Of a DNA stretch of 64,000 nucleotides, positions 48,075 to 60,048 are shown piece by piece; the first letter of the stretch is position 1, and the number at the start of each line of letters is the position of its first letter. The notes under the pieces were generated by a model. That model did not search any database. It was given only the letters and a program-made list of their open reading frames with translations, and was not told where the DNA came from. Source of the stretch: a bacterium (GTDB lineage: Bacteria > UBA8248); assembly GCA_965207065.1 (NCBI GenBank), contig OZ242260.1, positions 3,456,001 to 3,520,000 of the forward strand, written 5' to 3'. Made by a program: the position numbers and the translations under genes.

Positions 48075-48851
48075 TTGAGCCCCGTCATATTCGAAATCGG
48101 ACCGTTCGCGCTGCGCTGGTATGGACTCATGTACGTCACCGCCGTGCTGGCCGGCGTCTGGCTGGTGAGGCGAGAAGTAGCGCGCAAGGGGATGCCCATT
48201 ACGCCCGATGAGGTGATGAACTTCGGGCTCCTCGTCATGTTCGCAGGCATCCTGGGCGGCAGAATTTATTATGTTCTCTTCAATTGGGAATTCTACCAGG
48301 GCGCAATGTGGGAGGTCTTCGCCATCTGGAAAGGGGGCCTCGCCATACACGGCGGGCTCATCGGTGGGGCGCTGGCGGGCTATCTGTATCTCAAGAACCA
48401 CGCCGTTTCCACCTGGGAGTTCGCCGACGCGGTGGCGCCCGCCATCATGCTCGGCCAGGTGTTCGGGCGGTTCGGCAACTTCATGAACGGCGACGCGCAC
48501 GGCGTGCCGACGACGATGCCCTGGGGCGTGGAGTTTCCGATGACCTCCATCGCGGGCCGGGAATTCCCCGGTCAGGCGACGCACCCCGTGATGATATACG
48601 AGCTTCTCCTGAACCTCGTCTGGTTCTTCATCCTGAGAAGATTGAGGCTTACGAACCACAAGCCGGGCTTCATCTTCTGCCTCTACTTCGTCCTCTACTC
48701 CTTCGGACGCGCCGCTGTGAGCGGCTTCCGCGCGGACAGCCTGTGGTTCGGCCCAATGCGCGCCGCATATCTCGCAAGCGCCGTGCTCATCGTCGTTTTC
48801 GGCGCGGTTATCGTGCGGTGGCGGATGTGGGAGAGGGAGGGGAGCGAGTAA
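48075..48851 (+). CDS. lgt: Prolipoprotein diacylglyceryl transferase
   Basis: RWYGLMY, GGRIYYV, GGLAIHGG, GRFGNFMN, HPVMIYE. Confidence 0.95.
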   Translation: MSPVIFEIGPFALRWYGLMYVTAVLAGVWLVRREVARKGMPITPDEVMNFGLLVMFAGILGGRIYYVLFNWEFYQGAMWEVFAIWKGGLAIHGGLIGGALAGYLYLKNHAVSTWEFADAVAPAIMLGQVFGRFGNFMNGDAHGVPTTMPWGVEFPMTSIAGREFPGQATHPVMIYELLLNLVWFFILRRLRLTNHKPGFIFCLYFVLYSFGRAAVSGFRADSLWFGPMRAAYLASAVLIVVFGAVIVRWRMWEREGSE

Positions 48852-48895
48852 GGTAATACGGTATCTCCGTGGTTCTCCTTTCAGGATAATATTCA

Positions 48896-49378
48896 ATGAC
48901 CCAGATGGCTCATGACATTCATTGTATGGCGTTAAGGCAACTTAAAACCGCCCTTTACCTATACTTTGAACGAGAGGATTACTATTCCGTTATCACGTTG
49001 GCGGGTGCTTCGGAGGAGGTGTTCGGAAAGCTCCTGAAGGAAGATAATCCCGAAAACGCTTTGGATGCCATTAAAAAAGGTGGGGCGGCGATACACGAGG
49101 CGCTTTTTGAAGAAGACATCCCTGAAAAGGAGATTAGCGACAGGGCAAACTGGGCACGGAATTTACTCAAGCATTGGAGTCCGGGTCAGCCTAAAGTTTT
49201 CGAGTTCGATGCACCGGAGGAAGCCAAGGATATGCTGAATCGCGCCATCGACAACTACTATGATCTGACAGGAAATCTCACGCCTGCGATGCAGCAGTTT
49301 CAAGATATGCACGTTCAAGATAACCCACAGATTCGTCCATGTTCTGCAAGCGATGAGGAATCTTCCGCAACACAATAA
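48896..49378 (+). CDS. Hypothetical protein with RX4H motif (HEPN-like)
   Basis: QLKTALYLYF...SVITLAGASEE helical N-terminus and RNLLKH; more AT-rich than its neighbours. Confidence 0.6.
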   Translation: MTQMAHDIHCMALRQLKTALYLYFEREDYYSVITLAGASEEVFGKLLKEDNPENALDAIKKGGAAIHEALFEEDIPEKEISDRANWARNLLKHWSPGQPKVFEFDAPEEAKDMLNRAIDNYYDLTGNLTPAMQQFQDMHVQDNPQIRPCSASDEESSATQ

Positions 49379-49460
49379 TTGAACGAGTTTTGGTTCATTT
49401 TCGCTGACAGAATTACACGTTTTTCACTAGAATCTTGCCCTCACAGTGAGCGAAGATCCC

Positions 49461-49707
49461 CTGGATTCCGGCATTCGCCGGAATGACGACGATGCAGAAC
49501 TCAATTGTAGGGACAGGTCGCGACCTGTCCCTACGGGTTCGTTATATTGCCGGGATGTTCACAGGGGCGTCGCCTTTCCCCAAGGTTGACCCTGCGCGGT
49601 CAGGCGAAAGGCTTCGGACAGGCACAGGGACCTGTCCCTACGATTCCCGCAATCCTCCCTTACGGAAAATTTTCACGTTTCGGGCGGGCACAGAGGCCCG
49701 CTCCAAC
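49461..49707. repeat. REP-like palindrome cluster
   Basis: CTGGATTCCGGCATTCGCCGGAATGAC, GTAGGGACAGGTCGCGACCTGTCCCTAC (49507-49534), GGACAGGCACAGGGACCTGTCCCTAC, GGGCGGGCACAGAGGCCCGCTCCAAC. Confidence 0.75.
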
Positions 49708-49833
49708 GCAAAGCGGCAATCCATTTCAAGGAAAATTTTCACCCGGTGCCGGGAGATTTATGGAGCGCTCTCGGGTAGAATCGCGCCATTCAACTTTCGA
49801 CCAATCACTCGATTTAAAGTGGAGAGCAAAGAC

Positions 49834-50550
49834 ATGGGAATTCGCATCGTGGATCTGTCGCAGGAGATTTATGACGGGATGCCCGTTTATCCGGGCCACC
49901 AGCGGACGGGGGTTTTCCCGAACAAAACGCACGCCGAGACGGCCAAGGCGTATGCGAATTCGCCATCGGGCCATACCTCGACGACGAACTGCCTCGTGAT
50001 GAGCGACCACGGCCCCACACACGTGGACGCCTTTTACCACATCGACAAGGACGGGGAGACGATCGACCAGTTGGGCCTCGAGTGGTTCTACAACGAGGCG
50101 ATCTGCCTTGACCTCTCCAAATTCTGCAACACCGAGGACTGGATGGAGCCGGCGGACCTGGAAGATGCGTGCGAGAAGGCGGGACTGGAAGTGCCGGATA
50201 AGGGAAGCGTCCTCATCTGGACGGGCCACTACGAGGCGAATTACGGCGGCGATTTTCATACCTGGCTGCACGTCTACCCCGGGCTGAGCGAGGCCGCGAC
50301 GATATGGCTGGCGGACAGGGGCTGCATTAACGTCGGCATCGATTCGCCGAGCGTGGATTCCTCCCAGGCCTTCCGCGACAAGGGCTACTGGGCGCACAAG
50401 GCTTGCCGGGAGCGCAAGGTGCTGAACGTGGAGAACCTAGCGAATTTGAAGGAAGTGGTGAACACGAAGTTCTTCTTCTCGTGCCTGCCGCTCAACATAC
50501 GAGGCGGAACGGGCTCTCCCGTGCGCGCCGTGGCGATTTACCACGAGTAG
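49834..50550 (+). CDS. Cyclase family protein (kynurenine formamidase-like metallohydrolase)
   Basis: IVDLSQEI, HGPTHVDAFYH, VGIDSPSVD, VENL, GTGSPVRAVA. Confidence 0.9.
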   Translation: MGIRIVDLSQEIYDGMPVYPGHQRTGVFPNKTHAETAKAYANSPSGHTSTTNCLVMSDHGPTHVDAFYHIDKDGETIDQLGLEWFYNEAICLDLSKFCNTEDWMEPADLEDACEKAGLEVPDKGSVLIWTGHYEANYGGDFHTWLHVYPGLSEAATIWLADRGCINVGIDSPSVDSSQAFRDKGYWAHKACRERKVLNVENLANLKEVVNTKFFFSCLPLNIRGGTGSPVRAVAIYHE

Positions 50551-50577
50551 GGGAGGTACAACGAGCAAGGGCAAGTA

Positions 50578-50673
50578 GTAATGACAACCCTTCCGGGTTG
50601 TCACTGCCCCCGTGGTTGTCCGAACCCTGGGTTGTCCCAATTCGTAAGGACAGGTACAGGGGCCTGTCCCTAC
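50578..50673. repeat. REP-like palindrome cluster
   Basis: GACAACCC...GGGTTGTC repeats and GTAAGGACAGGTACAGGGGCCTGTCCCTAC (50644-50673). Confidence 0.65.
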
Positions 50674-51431
50674 GTTCGAATCGAATTCCAAGCTTTTGGG
50701 CGGCTATCCCTGTCAAGATCGCTCTGGAGCCGCAACCCCGTACGGCCTCTGCCGCGCATTTCCCCGCATTTTCGAGGATTCTTTGCTGCGGCCCCGCGCT
50801 ATCCTCCAGAAAACCCCTCCAAGAAAGCAGGTGGAGGGGGCAGGGTGGTCGGAGCTGGCGAATCCGCGCAGTCTTCATGAGGAACAAGTGATGGGAAAGG
50901 CGATTTCAGGCGTTGATTTCATCAATACGAAACGGGCGAATTTCTCGCGCTATCCGTACGCCGGCAACGCGGATATGGCGGCAAAGCTCTCAGGCCCCCT
51001 CGCTGAAGCGACAACGGCAATCGCTCCTTCACCAGTCGCGATTGAACTGAAAAATAAGATAAATTCAGATAAATATCGATAAATTCCCGAAAATGTTTAT
51101 GGATCAACAAATTGTGTATACACCATATTATTAGAACAATATCACGATATCTTAAAGTAACACATTAGATAATTATCGAAATTTATCGAATTAAAAAAGT
51201 TTTAGGCGACCACGCAATTGCCCGCATTTGAGCGCACCGAAGTCCTCGCCTCACACGCATCCATCCGGCTGCCCGGCGGGTGGCTCTCCTCCAGAACCAA
51301 GGCGCCGCCTCCCGATTGCACGCTCCGCTTCGAGGGGATACTATCCGGTGCACATCATAGCGGCTCGATACGGATCCAGGGCTCCGGGGCTACCCTTGCC
51401 TGGCGGCGCGGCACATCAACAGGGGATGTAT

Positions 51432-52607
51432 ATGGACTTCACACTCACTCCCGAACAGGAACAGCTCCAGAAGACGGCGCACGACTTCGCCGCGCAGGAA
51501 ATACGCCCCGTCGCGGCGGCGCTCGACAGGGAACCCGACCCGATGAAGCGTTTCCCCTGGGAGGTGCTGGAGAAAGCCAGCAAGCTGGGTCTGAGGACCC
51601 TGGCGCTTCCCGAGGATATGGGCGGGCCGGGATGCGACACCCTCACGCTGTGCCTCGTGGGCGAGGAACTCGCCTGGGGCGACATGGGCACGGCCATCAC
51701 CCTCGATCAGGACTGGAAAATCACCCATCTGTTCGAGAAACTGGCGAATGAAGAACAGAAGGCGCGATTCCGGAAATCCTTCCAGGAAGACCACCAGTTT
51801 CACCTGGCCGTCGGGATGACGGAGGAAACCGCCGGTTCGGACAACATCATCCCCTACAACAGCCCCGACGCCGGCGTGCGTACGTCCGCCGTGCGCGAGG
51901 GCGATGGCTGGATAGCCAACGGGAAGAAGCGTTACATCAGCAACGGGGGGATCGCGAAACTCTGCATCGTCGCCATGCGGACGGACCCGACGAAAGGCGT
52001 GGCGGAAGGCATGACGTATTTCATCATCACGCCGGATATGGAAGGTTTCCGCTACGGAAAAATTCACGACAAAATGGGGCAGCGGTTGTCCCTGAACGCG
52101 GAACTCATTTTTGAGAATTGCAGGATTCCGGATGAAAACCGCGTCACGGAAGTGAACCGCGCCATGGAGGCGCGCCGGTTGTTCTTCCCCGGCTCGAACA
52201 TCGAAGCCGCCGCCACCGTTCTCGGCACCGCCAGAGCGGCCTATGAAGACGCCTTGACGCACGCCCGGAGCCGGGTTCAGGGGGGCAAGCCGATCATCGA
52301 GCATCAGGCGATAGGCTTTATGCTGGCCGATTGTTTCGCCGAGTACGAAGCGAGCAAGCGCTTGCTCCACTACGCCGCCTGGACAATGGGCCAGAAGGGC
52401 CTTTATGACCCCAAGATGGGTTTCATGACCAAGTGTTTCGTGTCCGAATCCTCCTACCGGGTCGCAACGCGCGCACTGGAGGTCTGGGGCGGCACCGGTT
52501 ACATGACGGATGCGCCGATGGAGAAATACCTGAGAGATGTGACCAGTTTCCTGCATTCCGACGGGACGAACCAGGTGATGCGCATTCGTTCCATGAAGTT
52601 TTTATAG
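51432..52607 (+). CDS. Acyl-CoA dehydrogenase family protein
   Basis: MDFTLTPEQ, MTEETAGSD, NGKKRYISNG, RVQGGKPI, GGTGYM. Confidence 0.92.
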   Translation: MDFTLTPEQEQLQKTAHDFAAQEIRPVAAALDREPDPMKRFPWEVLEKASKLGLRTLALPEDMGGPGCDTLTLCLVGEELAWGDMGTAITLDQDWKITHLFEKLANEEQKARFRKSFQEDHQFHLAVGMTEETAGSDNIIPYNSPDAGVRTSAVREGDGWIANGKKRYISNGGIAKLCIVAMRTDPTKGVAEGMTYFIITPDMEGFRYGKIHDKMGQRLSLNAELIFENCRIPDENRVTEVNRAMEARRLFFPGSNIEAAATVLGTARAAYEDALTHARSRVQGGKPIIEHQAIGFMLADCFAEYEASKRLLHYAAWTMGQKGLYDPKMGFMTKCFVSESSYRVATRALEVWGGTGYMTDAPMEKYLRDVTSFLHSDGTNQVMRIRSMKFL

Positions 52608-52617
52608 CGGAGACGAA

Positions 52618-53706
52618 ATGACGAAATTAGCCATACGCGCACTGGAGGCGATACCTCTCAAAGTACCCCTCAAAAAAACTTTTCAAAGCTCGCTCGGCGT
52701 GTATACCCACCTCGACGTCGTGGTGGTGCATATTCACACGGAAGACGGCCCGAGCGGCACGGGATTCACGATGGGGCTGGGGGGTGAAGGCGGCGTCGCC
52801 ATGCTGCCTTATATCGAAAAAGAATTGGCGCCACTGGCTATCGGGCAAGACGCCCTGGCCCCCGAAGCGCTTTGGAATCGTATGTGGGCGCCGAACAAGG
52901 CGAGGATGCGCGGTGGCTTGGGCTTGTATTCTCTCTCCGCGGTGGACATCGCCTGCTGGGATATCGTGGCGAAGTTTGCCGGTCTGCCGCTAAACCGCCT
53001 GTTGGGCGGATTTCGCCAAAAAGTGCCCGTTTACGGGAGCGGAGGCTGGCATACGCTCCCGGATTCGGAACTGCTCGAAGAAGCCCAGGAGGCCGCCTCG
53101 CTCGGCATGAGCGGCTATAAACTCAAAATCGGCACGCCCCGCGACCCTGAGCGTCTCGAATTCTTAAGAAAAAATATGGGCGATGATTTCATTCTCTATT
53201 GCGACGCGAACCAGAAATACAACGTGCGCGAGGCGGTGGAGGTTTCATCCATGCTGGCGGAATACGGCGTTGCCTGGTTCGAAGAACCCGTGCTGGCCGA
53301 TTGCGTTGATGATCTCGCAGAGGTGGCGGAGAAAAGCATGGTGCCCACCGCGGCGGGTGAAAACGCCTACATGCGCTGGGGATTCCGAGAAATATGCGAG
53401 CGGCGGGCGGTGGGTTTTTTGCAGCCCGATGTTTGCCGCTGCGGCGGGGTGACGGAGTTCATTAAAATTGCGCATCTCGCCGATGCCTTCAATATTTCGC
53501 TGAGTAGTCATCTGGCCCATGAGTTGTCGGTCAGCCTCGTGGGCGCAACGCCCAGGGGCTATATGGTGGAATACATGGAATTCTTCTCACCTGATGATTT
53601 TACGCAAGATTTCACCGTGCGCGATGGGTACATCAATGTCCCCGAGGCGCCCGGCCACGGAGTGGAATTCACACCGGATGCCATAGAGCGCTACAAAGTT
53701 TCCTGA
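52618..53706 (+). CDS. Mandelate racemase/muconate lactonizing enzyme family protein
   Basis: DIACWD, KLKIG, DANQ, WFEEP, AGEN, QPD, PGHGVE. Confidence 0.92.
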   Translation: MTKLAIRALEAIPLKVPLKKTFQSSLGVYTHLDVVVVHIHTEDGPSGTGFTMGLGGEGGVAMLPYIEKELAPLAIGQDALAPEALWNRMWAPNKARMRGGLGLYSLSAVDIACWDIVAKFAGLPLNRLLGGFRQKVPVYGSGGWHTLPDSELLEEAQEAASLGMSGYKLKIGTPRDPERLEFLRKNMGDDFILYCDANQKYNVREAVEVSSMLAEYGVAWFEEPVLADCVDDLAEVAEKSMVPTAAGENAYMRWGFREICERRAVGFLQPDVCRCGGVTEFIKIAHLADAFNISLSSHLAHELSVSLVGATPRGYMVEYMEFFSPDDFTQDFTVRDGYINVPEAPGHGVEFTPDAIERYKVS

Positions 53707-53739
53707 ATTTCCAAGAATCATTTTTGCTAGGAGATAGGC

Positions 53740-54666
53740 ATGAGACTGTTGTCATACGAATACAGAGGGCTTGAGAGAGTCGGCGTGTACGTTGGGGAGA
53801 AAATTACTCACCTGTCGCGTCTGGCTGGCATATTAGGCAAAAAAGAACTTGCTTTCGGCAGTATGATAGCACTCATAAACGCATGGGAAACGCATAGCCC
53901 TGCGTTACATGATTTGATTGAACAGGCCGAAGCGAATGCGGGAGATTTGGCGCCCGTCCTCATGGCGCCCGAAGATGTGCATCACATATCCCCGATTCCC
54001 CATCCTCCCAAACATGTTCTCTGCATGGGTCTCAATTATCAGGATCATGTAAACGAGGGATTGCAAGCAAAGGATGTGCAAACGGCAAGGGTTGAACTCG
54101 ACCATCCCATATTCTTCACCAAGGCCCAGAGCACTCTCATCGGACACAATGAAGGCATACCGGCACATCGGGTGACGGAAAAGCTCGATTATGAAGCTGA
54201 AATCGCTGTCATCATCGGCAAAAAGGGAAAAAACATACCTCAAGACAAGGCCTACGAACACGTTTTCGGCTATTGCTGCGCTAACGATATCTCAGCGAGA
54301 GATATTCAAAGGCGCCACAAGCAGATATTCAAAGGCAAGACCCTCGACGGCACATGTCCGCTTGGGCCATACATCGTCCCCAAAGAGGACTATGGTGACC
54401 CGATGAACCAGACCATAAAAAGCTGGGTAAATGGCGAAGCACGCCAGGATTCAAACACGAATATGATGATTCACGATATTCCGTCAATGATCTCGGTACT
54501 TTCAGAAGGTTTCACCCTGGAGCCGGGCGATATCTTTTTGACAGGCACGCCTTCAGGCGTAGGCTACGCACGTGCAACGCCTTCGTTTCTCACGCCGGGT
54601 GATGTGGTGGAAGTGGAAGTCGGTGGACTCGGCCGACTGCGCAACGAAATTATAGAAGCGGACTAG
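53740..54666 (+). CDS. Fumarylacetoacetate hydrolase family protein
   Basis: CMGLNYQDH, DYEAE, NDISARD, GKTLD, TGTPSGVG. Confidence 0.93.
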   Translation: MRLLSYEYRGLERVGVYVGEKITHLSRLAGILGKKELAFGSMIALINAWETHSPALHDLIEQAEANAGDLAPVLMAPEDVHHISPIPHPPKHVLCMGLNYQDHVNEGLQAKDVQTARVELDHPIFFTKAQSTLIGHNEGIPAHRVTEKLDYEAEIAVIIGKKGKNIPQDKAYEHVFGYCCANDISARDIQRRHKQIFKGKTLDGTCPLGPYIVPKEDYGDPMNQTIKSWVNGEARQDSNTNMMIHDIPSMISVLSEGFTLEPGDIFLTGTPSGVGYARATPSFLTPGDVVEVEVGGLGRLRNEIIEAD

Positions 54667-54700
54667 CTGATTTTGGGCGTTATCCCTGGGAGAATGAGTG

Positions 54701-55096
54701 ATGAGCGAAGAGTTTTACCCACCAGCAATTCGGCGCGGCGATACACAATACGGAGAAGGTTACACGGAAAAACTATTTGGTCGGTTGAATAAACTCGACC
54801 CTGACTTCTCCATGATGTTCCAGCGTTTCGTTCACGGGGGGCTGTATGATCGCGATGTTCTCCCACACAAGACGAGAGAATTTTGTGCTTTGGCGGCGTT
54901 ATGTGTTACTGGCCGTTTCAACCAGATGCGTTCTCATTTCACGGCTGCGAGAAGCTACGGTGCAACAGACAAAGAAATCATGGAAGTGATTTTCCAAATG
55001 TCGCCATATAGTGGTGTTCCCGCCGTCCTGGAAAGCCTCCGGGTGTTTGAGGATTGGTTGGAATCGGGAGGTGCGATGACAGGGTATGGGAAGTAA
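54701..55096 (+). CDS. Carboxymuconolactone decarboxylase family protein
   Basis: LPHKTRE, H...GAT..EI.EV, YSGVP. Confidence 0.85.
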   Translation: MSEEFYPPAIRRGDTQYGEGYTEKLFGRLNKLDPDFSMMFQRFVHGGLYDRDVLPHKTREFCALAALCVTGRFNQMRSHFTAARSYGATDKEIMEVIFQMSPYSGVPAVLESLRVFEDWLESGGAMTGYGK

Positions 55097-55099
55097 GCG

Positions 55100-55930
55100 A
55101 TGCTTTCACCTTTGGCAAGGGAACGCGGCCTTAAAGGGAGGGTAGCGCTCATCACAGGCGCTGGAGGTGGAATAGGTCGAGGAATCGCTCGATGCCTAGC
55201 GGAAGAGGGTGTCCATTTAGCACTAGCCGATATTTCAAAATCCGGTGCTGAGGCAGCAGCAGAAGAAATAAGAAAATTCGACGTGAACATCATTCCATAC
55301 GTCCTTGATGTGACAGATAAGAGTCAATGCGCAGACATCGTAGATGCAACCAATAATGAAATGGGCAGCTTAGATATTGTGATCAACAATGCAGGTGTCA
55401 TAGGCGGAGCAGATTTCAAGCTAGGTATGCCTCTATCCGATATCAATGAAGACGACTGGGATGACACCTATAACGTCAACGTCAAAGGTGTCTTTTTGCT
55501 GTGTCAAGCATCGCTTGAAAAGATGAAGGGGAAAGGTTGGGGACGTATCATCAATATTTCCTCGCGAGCTGGACGTGATGGCCGCGAAACCATACCCCAT
55601 TACAGCGCGAGCAAAGCGGCGGTAATTATTTTTACCCAAGCGCTCGCGCGCGAAGTAGCTCGAGCAGGAATTACGGTGAACGCTGTTTGTCCAGGTCTGA
55701 TTTGGAGCGCAATGTGGGAACAGTTGGCCGGTAAGTTCAGAATAAAATTTCCAATTTTCAAAGGAAAAACTGCCAGAGAAGTTTTCGAGCATTTTGTGGA
55801 ACAAACACCTATGGGAGTCGAACAATCGACTGAAGATATCGGGCGTGCGGTCGCCTTTTTAGCGAGCGATGATGCGAAAACTATTACAGGCCAAGCTATT
55901 CTGGTCGACTCAGGAGCTGTCATGCGTTGA
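55100..55930 (+). CDS. SDR family oxidoreductase
   Basis: TGAGGGIG, NNAG, YSASK, NAVCPG, ITGQ. Confidence 0.93.
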   Translation: MLSPLARERGLKGRVALITGAGGGIGRGIARCLAEEGVHLALADISKSGAEAAAEEIRKFDVNIIPYVLDVTDKSQCADIVDATNNEMGSLDIVINNAGVIGGADFKLGMPLSDINEDDWDDTYNVNVKGVFLLCQASLEKMKGKGWGRIINISSRAGRDGRETIPHYSASKAAVIIFTQALAREVARAGITVNAVCPGLIWSAMWEQLAGKFRIKFPIFKGKTAREVFEHFVEQTPMGVEQSTEDIGRAVAFLASDDAKTITGQAILVDSGAVMR

Positions 55931-55975
55931 ATTTGATTTATTTGATTTCAACTGCTTCTCGTTCTAAATTTTAGT

Positions 55976-56004
55976 TTGACTTGTTTCCGCAGCCTTGTTA
56001 ATTT
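55976..56004 (+). promoter_or_regulatory. Sigma70-like promoter upstream of the M23 peptidase
   Basis: TTGACT-N17-TAATTT with TG at the extended -10 position. Confidence 0.45.
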
Positions 56005-56093
56005 GTTTTATCTATTACAAGTGAGTGACTGGGGTAACACTTGCTTTCATTTACAAAATAAACATGTCAGCAAGTTCCTGGGAGGTGTACCCC

Positions 56094-56999
56094 ATGCGCA
56101 AGAAGTACACCATTGTGGTGATACCAAGCAATTCCAGCAAAACCCGTCGCCTCAGTATCACGAGGGCAATGTTGATCCTGTTGGTTTTTGGGCTTTGTTC
56201 TCTCGCAGGAACAACGCTTTACCTAGCACAAGAGAGAGTTCATACAGCAAGGCATTTGGCTAAACTCTCCCCTCTGGAAAATCAAAACCAAACACAAAAA
56301 GAACTTCTCGAAAAATTCAATGCCAAGCTCCAGTCCCTAGACAACAACCTGATACAACTCAAACAACAAGAAGAAAAACTTCGAATCATGGCCTCGCTGA
56401 AACCGGGCAAAGAAAAAGACGACTTGGGAGTAGGAGGTGTCTCAAAAGATGCGCTTCCTGAAGGTTTGGAGAAACTTGCCCCGTCTGAACAAAGATTTAT
56501 TCGGAGATTAAATCGTCAATTCCAGGACATCGAAAAGCGTACCGCCGAACAGGAAAGCGCGTTCAAAGACCTATTGAGAGCGTTCCGCGACAGAAGTATC
56601 TTGCTTGCACACACACCTTCCATATGGCCTGTGAAGGGTTGGCTTTCATCCAGCTTTGGCTACAGGCGCTCTCCATTTACAAATCGACGAGAATTTCATG
56701 CTGGAATTGATATCGTCGCAAGGGAAGGAACCTCCATATTCGCCCCAGCAGATGGCGTTGTTATTAGCGATAGAAGAGCGGTAGGTTATGGCAAAATTCT
56801 TAAAATTCAGCACATGCAGGGTATCGTTACTACATTTGCTCACAATAGCGTGCATTTAGTGAAAGTCGGGCAACGCATACGGAGAGGCGACATCATTGCC
56901 AAAGTCGGTTCCACAGGCAGGTCCACAGGACCACATCTTCACTATGAAGTTAGAATAAATGGAGTCGCAGTCAATCCAAGACTATATATTGTCGAGTAA
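56094..56999 (+). CDS. M23 family metallopeptidase
   Basis: GGAGGT RBS, N-terminal TM and coiled coil, PSIWP, HAGID, STGPHLHYEV. Confidence 0.93.
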   Translation: MRKKYTIVVIPSNSSKTRRLSITRAMLILLVFGLCSLAGTTLYLAQERVHTARHLAKLSPLENQNQTQKELLEKFNAKLQSLDNNLIQLKQQEEKLRIMASLKPGKEKDDLGVGGVSKDALPEGLEKLAPSEQRFIRRLNRQFQDIEKRTAEQESAFKDLLRAFRDRSILLAHTPSIWPVKGWLSSSFGYRRSPFTNRREFHAGIDIVAREGTSIFAPADGVVISDRRAVGYGKILKIQHMQGIVTTFAHNSVHLVKVGQRIRRGDIIAKVGSTGRSTGPHLHYEVRINGVAVNPRLYIVE

Positions 57000-57113
57000 A
57001 TAAAATCCCAGCAACCAGCCTGAAGATTCAGCTTTTTCTCCCTAATACAGCATGGTAGTCTATATATGCGCAAAGGTAGCTTGTACGCCTTCATCCCAAT
57101 GGAGATGTGATTG

Positions 57114-59933
<2,820 letters not shown>

Positions 59934-60048
59934 CGCTTACATCTACAGAATTGGCATGTAACAACTAATGTTTCCATTCAGGCGATGGATTCGTTAGCTT
60001 GCGTCCAATAGAGAATGAAACATTTTCTCCAATCGTGAAGGTACAACC

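Noticed and set aside
49483-49833. N-terminal extension of the cyclase ORF
   Set aside because: It runs through REP-like repeats; the family N-terminus and an RBS point to the ATG at 49834
38083-50673. CRISPR array
   Set aside because: The palindromic repeats are dispersed, not regularly spaced with unique spacers, and there are no cas genes
50975-51035. Glycine riboswitch-like words (CTCTCAGG, GAAGGAG)
   Set aside because: The two words are on opposite strands and the GGAGA-containing aptamer architecture is absent
51050-51200. Replication origin or dif site
   Set aside because: AT-rich, but there is no cluster of TTATCCACA boxes, no recognisable XerC/XerD site and no dnaA/gidA context
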